From an uncultured beta proteobacterium (lineage in GTDB: Bacteria; Pseudomonadota; Gammaproteobacteria; Burkholderiales; SG8-39): 64,000 nt of DNA. A model generated the notes under the pieces. That model did no database searches, was not told the DNA's origin, and worked only from the letters and a program-made list of their open reading frames with translations. Where the stretch lies: contig CAWJNP010000018.1 in assembly GCA_963844255.1 (NCBI GenBank), forward strand, positions 14,847-78,846. Reading direction: 5' to 3'. A program made the translations under genes and the position numbers. The number at the start of each line of letters is the position of its first letter. The first letter of the stretch is position 1. Shown here in pieces: positions 11,350 to 19,642 of this stretch.

Positions 11350-12980
11350 GCAATCACCAGGTTTCTCTGCCATGCGGGATCCATCCCCGGGTAGTCCTCG
11401 CGTTGATGCGCGCCCCGGCTCTCGGTGCGCGTGAGCGCGGAACGCGCCACGTGCTCGGCCACCGCCAGCATGCTGCGCAGGTCGAACCAGTCGGTCAGCG
11501 CGCCGTCGAAGGATGCGCCGGCCGCCGGCTTGTGCTGCGGGAGTTCGCTTCGCATCGTCGTAATTCGCTGCAGCGCGCGTTCCAGACCCGCCGCGGTGCG
11601 GAATGGGCCCACATCTTTTTGCATCAGCGCCTGCAATTCCTCGATCCATGCGGCCGGATTGAAATCGGTTTTCGCGAGGCCCTGCTCCGCGTAGCTGCGC
11701 TCCTTGTCGAACGCCTGCGCATCCGCGCGCTGCGGACCGACCGTTGCCGCATGGCGCGCCGCGCTGCCGCCCGCCTTGCGTCCGAAGACCAGTGCCTCGG
11801 TGATCGCATTGCCCGAAAGGCGGTTCGCGCCGTTGGCGCCGCCGACCGCCTCGCCGGCCGCAAACAGGCCCGGCACGCGAGTGGCCATCGACACGTCCGC
11901 CCGGACGCCGCCCATGTGGTAGTGCGCGATCGGCGCGACTTCGACCGGCCTGCTTCCTGAGGTCGATGCCGTTCTTCGCCAGCCGGTCGATCACCGGTCC
12001 GCCCGCCGCACGCAGTTCGGCCTCGCTGCAATGCTCGAACGAGAGCCAGGCGCCGCCGTGCGGCGAGCCGCGCCCGGCCTCGACTTCCTTGATGATCGCG
12101 TAGGTTGCGAGGTCGCGCGTGGCGACATACTTTCCGCCGTCCACCGCGCCGTAGTTGTGGACGAATTCCTCGCGCGCGCCGTTCAGCAGGCGCCCGCCGA
12201 GCTTGTAGCGGAACGGGTCCCACATGATCGGGTCCATGCCGATCAGGCGCGGCGCGAGATGCCCGATCGGAAAGAACTGGACGAACTCCATGTCGATCAG
12301 CTCGGCGCCCGCGCGCGTGGCAGAGCGCGTAACCGTCCCCGCCCATGTTGAGCGAGGCGCTGTTGCGCGCGTACAGCCGCGTCAGTCCGCCGGTGGCGAC
12401 GATGGTGGCCGCCGCCGCAATGGTCACGGTCTTGCCGCTAGCGCAGGTGCAGGGCGACGGCGCCGATGCAGGCGCCATCGCGCACCACGAGGTCGGTGAC
12501 CAGCAGGTCGCCGACACGGCGGATTTCCGGCCTGCGGATCAACTGGGTGCGCAGGGTCTTCGCGACCGCCGGCCCGGTATTGAGGAAATCGACATAGACG
12601 CAGCGCGGCCGGTCGTGGCCCGGGCGCGAGCGCCTGCTTCATATGCCCGTCCTCCCGCGCCCAGCCGACGCCCCAGGCGTCCATCTCGCGGATGCACCTC
12701 GGGACCCTCCTCGCACAGCAGGCGCGAAAGCGCCGGGTCGCACAGGCCGCGCCCCGCGGCCAGCGTATCCGCGTAGTGGTGCTCCCAGGCGTCCGGCACC
12801 TGTTCGCCCACGCGCCACGGCGACCGTCATCTGCGCCATGATCGTCGCCCCGCCGCGCCCGATCAGGCTGCGGTCGGCAAGGATCACGCTCGCGCCCTGG
12901 CGCGAGGCTTCGACCGCCGCGTACATGCCGGCACCGCCGGCTCCGATGATCAGAACGTCTGTCGATAAATGCATGGTCAT
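11346..12980 (-). pseudogene. FAD flavoprotein of the succinate dehydrogenase/fumarate reductase/L-aspartate oxidase family, six +1 insertions as assembled
   Basis: Pieces in rotating frames: MTMHLSTDVLIIGAGGAGMYAAVEA... / GEQVPDAWEHHYADTLAAGRGLCD / RCIREMDAWGVGWARE / HDRPRCVYVDFLNTGPAV.. / GKTVTIAAAATIVATGGLTRLY.. / ELIDMEFVQFFPIGH... / PVEVAPIAHYHMGGVRAD...GLFAAGEAVGGANGANRL...ESRGAHQREDYP. Confidence 0.8.
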
Positions 12981-13085
12981 TTATGTGCAAACACAATTAG
13001 TTCATAACGCGATTTATACCCGTTTACCGCAGGTGCAGCATGGATATTACTTGCAAACGCATATATCGAGGCGTAGCGTTAACCC

Positions 13086-13547
13086 ATGTCCGATTTCGAT
13101 CTCGCCAGCCACAACTTCTTCTGGATGACGCAGGTCATCGCCAGCCGCGACCATCAACTCGCCATCGAACTGAAGAGCCATGACTTGAGAGTACCCGAAT
13201 GGCGGGCGCTTGCTTCGCTCCATGCACGTAAAACACTTTCGATGAGCGAACTGGCCGACCTCGCCTCGATCGACCGCTCCACGCTGACCCGCACGGCGGA
13301 TCGCATGCAGGAGGCAGGCTGGATGAAACGGGTCTCCGACGCCGACGACATGCGCGTCACGCGGCTCGCGCTAACCCGCGCCGGAGAGGCGTTGTTCGAG
13401 CGCGTCTGGCCGGCGGTCGAGCGCCTGAACGCGGTCGCGGCGGCGGGTCTGCCGGGTCCGGCCATGGACATGCTGCGCTGGACGCTAGAGCGCATGAAAT
13501 CGAATCTCGACGCGGACCTGGCTGCACAGCAGGCCCGCGCCGCCTGA
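13086..13547 (+). CDS. MarR-family transcriptional regulator
   Basis: 153 aa. Winged-HTH core LSMSELADLASIDRSTLTRTADRMQEAGWMKRVSDADDMRVTRLALTRAGE. It is divergent from the flavoprotein operon. Confidence 0.85.
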   Translation: MSDFDLASHNFFWMTQVIASRDHQLAIELKSHDLRVPEWRALASLHARKTLSMSELADLASIDRSTLTRTADRMQEAGWMKRVSDADDMRVTRLALTRAGEALFERVWPAVERLNAVAAAGLPGPAMDMLRWTLERMKSNLDADLAAQQARAA

Positions 13548-13579
13548 ACAACCCCACGGACCGAACCAGGAGGACCCCC

Positions 13580-14902
13580 ATGCTGCGAGAAAACATCCCC
13601 GAGATTTCGCGCCTGATCGAACCCGACCGCGTGCACAAGTCGGTCTACACCGACGAGCAGCTGTTCGAACTCGAGATGGAGCGGATCCACGAACGCGTCT
13701 GGATCTACTGCGGGCACGAATCGCAGGTGAAGAAGCCCGGCGACTACTACACGGTGCAGATCGGCCGCCAGCCCATGGTCATGGTGCGCGGCGCCGACGG
13801 CAAGGTGAACGTTCTTTACAACCGCTGCCCGCACCGCGGCGCGATGATCTGCGGCGACCGGCACGGCAATGCCGGCGACGCCTTCCGGTGCTCGTACCAC
13901 GCGTGGACGTTCCAGCTGAACGGCAAGCTCAAGAACATCCCGATGATGGAATCCGGCTACAAGGGCACGCGCTGGAACCGCGACAACCCCGACACGGACA
14001 TGAAGCCGGCGGCGCGCGTCGAGAACTACCGCGGCTTCGTGTTCGCGAGCCTCGCGGAAGACGGCCCGACCCTGCTCGAATTCCTCGGACCCTCGAAGAT
14101 CGCCTTCGACGACATCTGCGACCGCGCGCCCGAGGGTGAAGTCGAAGTCGTGCCGACGTGCTTCCGCGTGATCCAGAATTCCAACTGGAAGATCTTCCTC
14201 GAGAACCAGCTCGACGCCCTGCATCCCTCGGTCACCCACCAGTCCACCGGGCGCGCCGCGCGGGACGTGGAAGTCGAGCTCGAGAAGAAGACCGGCCACG
14301 CGCCGCTCGCCTATCACATGCTCTCGGCGTTCTCGACCGTGACGATCGACAAGTGGGACAACTTCCAGACGATCAACTACCCGAACGGCCACTGCATCCT
14401 CACCGGCTACATGGGCCTGCGCCCGCAGGACCCGGACACGCTGGCCTACGAGAAGACGCTGGTGAAGGCCTACGGCGAGAAGCGAAAGGAAGAGATCCTC
14501 TCGACCAACATCCACCATGTGCTTATCTATCCGGGACTGTCGGTTCAGTCGCCGCTGCAGCAGCTGCGCGCGGTGCGGCCGCTGGGCGTGAACAAGACGC
14601 TGACCGAGATCTGGCATTTCCGCCTCAAGGGCGCGCCCGAGCCGATCTATCGCCGGGCCCTTGCGTACTACAACCTCGTCAACTCCCCCGCCACGCTGAT
14701 CAATGCCGACGACCTGGAGAATTTCTGGAAGATCCAGGTGGGCCTGGGGTCGAACGGCGGCGACTGGGTCAGCTTCGCGCGCCACTACGGCCGCGACATC
14801 GAGAAGAATGGTGTGGTATCGACCGACGAAGGCATGGGGACATCTGAAGCGCCGATGCGCAACCAGATGAAGGCATGGGCCAAATTCATGGCCAAGGCGT
14901 AG
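13580..14902 (+). CDS. Rieske non-heme iron ring-hydroxylating oxygenase, alpha subunit
   Basis: Rieske motif CPHRGAMIC-x17-CSYHAW. Mononuclear-iron motif ENQLDALHPSVTH (E-x3-D-x2-H-x4-H). 440 aa, intact. Confidence 0.9.
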   Translation: MLRENIPEISRLIEPDRVHKSVYTDEQLFELEMERIHERVWIYCGHESQVKKPGDYYTVQIGRQPMVMVRGADGKVNVLYNRCPHRGAMICGDRHGNAGDAFRCSYHAWTFQLNGKLKNIPMMESGYKGTRWNRDNPDTDMKPAARVENYRGFVFASLAEDGPTLLEFLGPSKIAFDDICDRAPEGEVEVVPTCFRVIQNSNWKIFLENQLDALHPSVTHQSTGRAARDVEVELEKKTGHAPLAYHMLSAFSTVTIDKWDNFQTINYPNGHCILTGYMGLRPQDPDTLAYEKTLVKAYGEKRKEEILSTNIHHVLIYPGLSVQSPLQQLRAVRPLGVNKTLTEIWHFRLKGAPEPIYRRALAYYNLVNSPATLINADDLENFWKIQVGLGSNGGDWVSFARHYGRDIEKNGVVSTDEGMGTSEAPMRNQMKAWAKFMAKA

Positions 14903-14913
14903 GAGCGAAGAAC

Positions 14914-15552
14914 ATGGCAAAGAAGAACCTCAATAAGGCAGCAAAGAAATCCGCCGCGCGCAAGACTGTGGTGAAGAAGTCTGCGGCGAAGACGGCCACG
15001 GTGAAAAAGGCCGCGGTAAAGAAATCCCTGGTGAAGTCGCCAGTTCGCAAGCCCGCGGCCACAAAACCCAACGGCCACGCAACCCAGCACGCGGTCGAGC
15101 AGTTCCTCTACCGTCAGGCGGAGATCCTCGACGGCAAGCAGTGGCAGGACTACATCGATCTGTTCACCGCCGACGGCGTCTACTGGATGCCGGCCGATCC
15201 CGCAGACAAGCACTGGGATGGCATTCCCTCGATCTTCGCCGAGGACAGGAACCTCATGACGGTCAGGATGAAGCGCGTGCTGCATCCGGATGCCTGGTCG
15301 CAGCGCCCGCTCTGGGGCACCAACCACGTGGTCGGCAACGTGATCATCGAGAAGGAATCGCCCAGCGGCGACGTGCTCGTGCGCTCGCGCTTTCACATGA
15401 TGGAGCTGCGCCGCGACAACGTGCGGCATTTTGCCGGCAGCTATGTGCACCAGCTGAAGAAAACTGCCGGCGGTTACCGCATCAAGACGCAGCGCGTCGA
15501 CATGACCAACGCACAGGCAGCGTTCGACTACGTGCTGCAGGTCTGGGTCTAG
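14914..15552 (+). CDS. Ring-hydroxylating oxygenase beta subunit (NTF2/SnoaL-like) with Lys/Ala-rich N-terminal extension
   Basis: AGGAG RBS 8 nt before the ATG at 14914. Residues 1-55 (MAKKNLNKAAKKSAARKTVVKKSAAKTATVKKAAVKKSLVKSPVRKPAATKPNGH) precede a canonical beta-subunit core: VEQFLYRQAEILDGKQWQDYIDLFTADGVYWMP...RSRFHMMELRRD... Confidence 0.85.
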   Translation: MAKKNLNKAAKKSAARKTVVKKSAAKTATVKKAAVKKSLVKSPVRKPAATKPNGHATQHAVEQFLYRQAEILDGKQWQDYIDLFTADGVYWMPADPADKHWDGIPSIFAEDRNLMTVRMKRVLHPDAWSQRPLWGTNHVVGNVIIEKESPSGDVLVRSRFHMMELRRDNVRHFAGSYVHQLKKTAGGYRIKTQRVDMTNAQAAFDYVLQVWV

Positions 15553-15595
15553 CCGCGCCCTGCACCGACGGCGCCCTCGATCCACGCGGACACGC

Positions 15596-16312
15596 TCAGG
15601 CCCGGGTTCGCGCCACGTAGACCGTGTTCGCGGCCTCCCGGTTCTGCAGCGGGTTGTGGAAACGCACGACGTGCGCAACAGAGGTCTCGAACACCGCCGC
15701 GAGCTTCGCCTGGAAATCCTCGTCCGGCGGGTCGTTGGACCACAGCGCAAACACGCCGCCCGGATGCAGGTGGGCGGCGAGCCGCCGCAGGCCGGCGATT
15801 TCGTAGCACGCGGCGTTGCTCGCATGCAGCACGTCGCGCGGCGAATGATCGATATCGACCAGTATCGCGTGAAACCTTCTCGCCTGGTCGCGCGAATCGA
15901 TGCCCGGGAAATCCAGCAGCGCAAAGAAATCCGCGTTGAGCAGGGTGCAGCGCGGATCCGCGCTCAACGCGGCGCCCAGCGGGACCAACCCCCGCCGATG
16001 CCAGTCGATGACCGCCGCCAGCGCGTCGATGACCAGCAGAGAGCCGGTTCCGGGATGGTCGAGAACGGCCCGCGCGGTGTAGCCCAGGCCGAGCCCGCCC
16101 ACGACGACATCCAGCGGACCACCTCCCAGGTCTGCAAGGCCCAGATTGGCCAACGCGATCTCCCCTTCCGTAAACAGGCTCGACATCAGGAATTCGTCGC
16201 CGAGCTTGACCTCGAACACCTCCACGCCAAGCGGCAATTGCGTACGACGCCGCAGACTCAGTTCGCCGATCGGGGTCTCGCGGTAATCAAGTTCTTCAAA
16301 GTCGATCAGCAT
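15596..16312 (-). CDS. Spermidine-synthase-like SAM-dependent methyltransferase-fold protein
   Basis: 238 aa. Motif I-like VVVGGLGLGYTA, acidic loop ILVDIDHSP, ...GGVFALW. The function is not deducible beyond the fold class. Confidence 0.7.
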   Translation of the reverse strand: MLIDFEELDYRETPIGELSLRRRTQLPLGVEVFEVKLGDEFLMSSLFTEGEIALANLGLADLGGGPLDVVVGGLGLGYTARAVLDHPGTGSLLVIDALAAVIDWHRRGLVPLGAALSADPRCTLLNADFFALLDFPGIDSRDQARRFHAILVDIDHSPRDVLHASNAACYEIAGLRRLAAHLHPGGVFALWSNDPPDEDFQAKLAAVFETSVAHVVRFHNPLQNREAANTVYVARTRA

Positions 16313-16424
16313 CCGCGCTGCCTTCGGTTGGATTGAAAATCACTGCACCCCTTTTGATCCGGGTCAAACACCCAATCCGCGCGAAGTGGACACTGTGTTC
16401 CAGGTCCCTGCTGCTTCTGCGACT

Positions 16425-16757
16425 TTATGGCGTGGCCGGACAGAATATGCCGTAAAGAGTGTTCAGCAGCGCGGTGGCCTCGCTGCTCGCCAGGCGGTAG
16501 TAAATCCGCTTGCCGTCGCGACGCGTGTCGACCACGCCCTCGGTGCGCAGGACGCCTAGTTGCTGCGAGAGGGTCGGTTGATGAATGTCCAACAGTGCTT
16601 CGAGTTCGCTGACCGACTTCTCGCCATCGATCATCTGGCACAGCAGGAGCAGACGCTCCCGGTTTCCCAGGGTCTTCAACAGGGCGCATGCCGTGTCGGC
16701 CGCTTCCCGCATCGCATTGATTTGCTGAGGTTTCATTTGAGCGGGATCCAGAGCCAA
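16425..16757 (-). CDS. ArsR/SmtB-family repressor of the SqrR/BigR (persulfide-sensing) type
   Basis: 110 aa (TTG start in the track; the first ATG is at residue 8). HTH SVSELEALLDIHQPTLSQQLGVLRTEGVV. There are only three Cys, and two of them (C40 in LLLCQM and C106 in IFCP) sit where the sensing pair of SqrR/BigR lies (about C41/C107 and C42/C108, recalled from memory). No metal-site motifs (ELCVCDL-type) are present. Confidence 0.8.
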   Translation of the reverse strand: MALDPAQMKPQQINAMREAADTACALLKTLGNRERLLLLCQMIDGEKSVSELEALLDIHQPTLSQQLGVLRTEGVVDTRRDGKRIYYRLASSEATALLNTLYGIFCPATP

Positions 16758-16765
16758 ATAATATA

Positions 16766-16794
16766 TTGACTAATATAATGACAGATAATATTAT
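16766..16794 (+). promoter_or_regulatory. Candidate sigma-70 promoter of the trxC-sqr operon with an overlapping AT-rich palindrome (putative SqrR operator)
   Basis: TTGACT (16766-16771), a 17-nt spacer, then TATTAT (16789-16794). The perfect palindrome ATAATATTAT (16785-16794) overlaps the -10. A second AT palindrome AATATATT lies at 16759-16766. This is the only strongly AT-rich patch in a GC-rich neighbourhood. Confidence 0.4.
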
Positions 16795-16847
16795 ATCTTT
16801 ATTGAAAACGTAACAAGTCCCCATCGCCGGGACGAGGAGATGAGTCG

Positions 16848-17276
16848 ATGCTGATTGCCTGCAGCCAGTGTGGGACGAAAAACCGGATCGCCGCCGAGCG
16901 CGCGAACGACGCGCCCGTGTGTGGGCGCTGCAAGGCGCCTCTGTTGTCCGGCCATCCGGTCGAACTCGATCAAGAGAGCTTCGCCGCGCTGACCAGCGCG
17001 CTCGATACACCGGTGGTGGTGGATTTCTGGGCGCCCTGGTGCGGCCCCTGCCGCGCGTTTGCGCCCGCCTACGCCAACGTCGCCGGCGAGCTCGCCGGAC
17101 GCGCGGTGTTCGCGAAGGTCAACACCGAGGACGAAGAGGATCTCGCCCGGCGCCTGAACATCCGCAGCATCCCGACGCTCGCAGTGTTTCAGGGCGGGCG
17201 CGAAATCGCGCGCATGAGCGGCGCCCTCCCGGCACCTCAATTCCGCGCCTGGGTGGAAGGCCGTCTCGCCGCCTGA
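16848..17276 (+). CDS. trxC: Thioredoxin 2 (zinc-finger N-terminal extension)
   Basis: N-terminal CSQC-x16-CGRC zinc motif followed by WAPWCGPC. 142 aa. Confidence 0.85.
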   Translation: MLIACSQCGTKNRIAAERANDAPVCGRCKAPLLSGHPVELDQESFAALTSALDTPVVVDFWAPWCGPCRAFAPAYANVAGELAGRAVFAKVNTEDEEDLARRLNIRSIPTLAVFQGGREIARMSGALPAPQFRAWVEGRLAA

Positions 17277-17301
17277 GACCGACATTTAAGGATTCCATTC
17301 C

Positions 17302-18336
17302 ATGAAACTCCGAGGCGCACTTCTCGTAATTGCGGCGGCCCTGCTGCCGGCAGCGGCCTTTGCGCAGACGCTCAGGACTGCGGTCGTGGAATTCCGCGAG
17401 GTCGGACTGACCTACGCCGCGGACGGCGTCGTGGAAGCGATCCGCACCTCGACCATCGCGGCTCAGGTCGCGGGCCGGATCGTCGAACTGCACGTCAGTG
17501 CCGGAGACCGGGTCACGAAAGGCCAGGTGCTTGCGCGGATCGACCCGCGCGAAGCGGCGGAGAGCGTGGCGATGAATCAGGCACAGGTCGCGCGCACCAA
17601 GGCCGATCTGTCGAACGCCGCGGCGAACCTGGAGCGCACCCGCAAGCTGGTTGCGCAGAATTTTGTAAGCCACGCCGCGCTCGACAAGGCGCAGGCCGAC
17701 TTCGATTCGGCACGCGCCCAGCTTGCGGCCTCGCGCGCCTCCGAGTCGCAGGCGGTCACCGTCCAGGACCATACCCGGATCACCGCGCCGTTTGCAGGCG
17801 TGGTCTCCGAGCGCCTGGTGGAACTCGGGGAAATGGCTCAGCCCGGCCGGCCCCTGCTCACGCTGTTCGATCCGAAGGATCTGCGCGCAGTGGCCTACGT
17901 GCCGCAGGACCGCATGGCGGCGATCCGCGGCGATGGCAGCGTGGCAGTGGAAATCCTCGCCCTGAACCAACGGATCAAGGCGGCCCGGGTCACGATCCTG
18001 CCATCGGCCGATCCGCGCACCCACACCACGCAGGTGCGGGTGGACCTTCCGGACGCACTGCAAGGCGTATTTCCCGGCCAGTTCGCGCGGGTGCACTTCA
18101 CCATCGGCAACGCCAAGAAGCTGGTGATCCCGGCCGCGGCCGTGGTCCATCGCAGCGAGGTGGCCGGAGCCTACGTAGTCGGGACCGACGGCGCAATCAG
18201 TCTGCGCCAGTTGCGGCTGGGCGAGTCTGCCGGCGAGTCCGGCATCGAAGTGCTAGCGGGCATCCATCCCGGCGAAAAAGTGGCACTCGATCCGGTCGCG
18301 GCGCTGGCCGCGCTGAAGAGCGTTCGAACGAAATAA
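17302..18336 (+). CDS. RND efflux periplasmic adaptor (membrane fusion protein)
   Basis: Signal peptide MKLRGALLVIAAALLPAAAFAQ. Lipoyl and hairpin pattern (GRIVELHVSAGDRVTKGQVLARID ... coiled-coil ... ITAPFAGVVSER). 344 aa. Confidence 0.85.
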   Translation: MKLRGALLVIAAALLPAAAFAQTLRTAVVEFREVGLTYAADGVVEAIRTSTIAAQVAGRIVELHVSAGDRVTKGQVLARIDPREAAESVAMNQAQVARTKADLSNAAANLERTRKLVAQNFVSHAALDKAQADFDSARAQLAASRASESQAVTVQDHTRITAPFAGVVSERLVELGEMAQPGRPLLTLFDPKDLRAVAYVPQDRMAAIRGDGSVAVEILALNQRIKAARVTILPSADPRTHTTQVRVDLPDALQGVFPGQFARVHFTIGNAKKLVIPAAAVVHRSEVAGAYVVGTDGAISLRQLRLGESAGESGIEVLAGIHPGEKVALDPVAALAALKSVRTK

Positions 18337-18358
18337 GACCCATAACCAGGAGGCAGTC

Positions 18359-19636
18359 ATGGCACACGTGGTAGTGATTGGAGCGGGCATTGGTGGTATG
18401 CCGATGGCCTATGAACTGAAGGAAATGCTGCGTCCGCAGGACAGCATGACCGTGGTCGGCAACGGACCGAACTTCCACTTTGTTCCGTCGAATCCCTGGG
18501 CTGCGGTCAACTGGCGCGACCGGGAGGACATCGAGTTTCCGGTCGCCGGCTACCTTGCCAAAAAGGGGATCGCGTTCAATCCGGCCGGCGCACGGCGCGT
18601 GCATCCGGACAAGAACAGCATTGAACTCGGCGACGGCACGATGCTGTCCTATGACTACCTGGTGATCGCCACCGGCCCGAAGCTCGCATTCGACGAAATC
18701 GAAGGACTCGGTCCCGAAGGCCATACCCAGTCGGTGTGCAACATCGACCACGCCAGCAACGCCGGCAGGGCCTGGAACACCTTCGTCAAGGATCCGGGCC
18801 CGATCGTGGTCGGCGCGGTGCAGGGCGCGTCGTGCTTCGGCCCGGCCTATGAGTTCGCCTTCATCATGGAAACCGACCTGCGCAGGCGCAAGCTGCGCGA
18901 CCGGGTGCCGATGACCTTCGTCACCTCCGAGCCCTACATCGGCCATCTGGGCCTGGGCGGCGTGGGTGACTCCAAGACCATGCTCGAGTCGGCGATGCGG
19001 GACAAACATATCAAGTGGATCACCAACGCCAAGGTCACGAAGGTCGAAGCCGGAAAGATGTACGTCACCGAGCACGACGAGGACGGCAAGGAAAAGAAGC
19101 AGCACGAATTGCCGTTCAAGTACTCGATGATGCTGCCGGCGTTCAAGGGCATCGACGCGGTGTTCGGCATCGAGGGCCTGACCAATCCGCGCGGCTTCAT
19201 CCTGATCGACGCCCACCAGCGCAATCCGAAGTTTCCGAACATCTATGCGGTGGGTGTGTGCGTGGCCATCCCGCCCGTGGAAACGACGCCCGTGCCGACG
19301 GGTGCACCCAAGACCGGCTACATGATCGAGTCCATGGTCACCGCGACCGCACACAACATCCGCGACGCGATCGACGCCAGGGAGCCGAGCCACAAGGCCA
19401 CCTGGAACGCGGTGTGTCTCGCCGACCTCGGCGACACCGGCATCGCCTTCGTGGCGCTGCCGCAGATTCCGCCGCGCAACGTCAACTGGTTTGCCGAAGG
19501 CAAGTGGGTGCACCTGGCCAAGATCGCCTTCGAGAAGTACTTCCTGCGCAAGATGAAGAAAGGCACCTCCGAGCCGCTCTACGAGAAGTACGTGATGAAG
19601 GCTCTCGGCATCGTCAAGCTGAAGGACAAGGTCTAG
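18359..19636 (+). CDS. sqr: Sulfide:quinone oxidoreductase, type I
   Basis: MAHVVVIGAGIGGMP FAD fold. Catalytic Cys in the expected contexts: C127 (QSVCNIDH), C159 (GASCFGPAYE), C353 (NAVCLADLG). These correspond to C128/C160/C356 of Acidithiobacillus SQR (numbering recalled from memory). C-terminal amphipathic helices are present. 425 aa. Confidence 0.9.
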   Translation: MAHVVVIGAGIGGMPMAYELKEMLRPQDSMTVVGNGPNFHFVPSNPWAAVNWRDREDIEFPVAGYLAKKGIAFNPAGARRVHPDKNSIELGDGTMLSYDYLVIATGPKLAFDEIEGLGPEGHTQSVCNIDHASNAGRAWNTFVKDPGPIVVGAVQGASCFGPAYEFAFIMETDLRRRKLRDRVPMTFVTSEPYIGHLGLGGVGDSKTMLESAMRDKHIKWITNAKVTKVEAGKMYVTEHDEDGKEKKQHELPFKYSMMLPAFKGIDAVFGIEGLTNPRGFILIDAHQRNPKFPNIYAVGVCVAIPPVETTPVPTGAPKTGYMIESMVTATAHNIRDAIDAREPSHKATWNAVCLADLGDTGIAFVALPQIPPRNVNWFAEGKWVHLAKIAFEKYFLRKMKKGTSEPLYEKYVMKALGIVKLKDKV

Positions 19637-19642
19637 CAGGCC

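Noticed and set aside
13154-14920. 588-aa ORF on the minus strand covering the whole Rieske alpha-subunit gene
   Set aside because: It is antisense to a gene with unambiguous Rieske and iron motifs. Its translation is Arg/Ala/Gly/His/Val-rich low-information sequence typical of spurious antisense ORFs in GC-rich DNA, with no recognisable motif or RBS.
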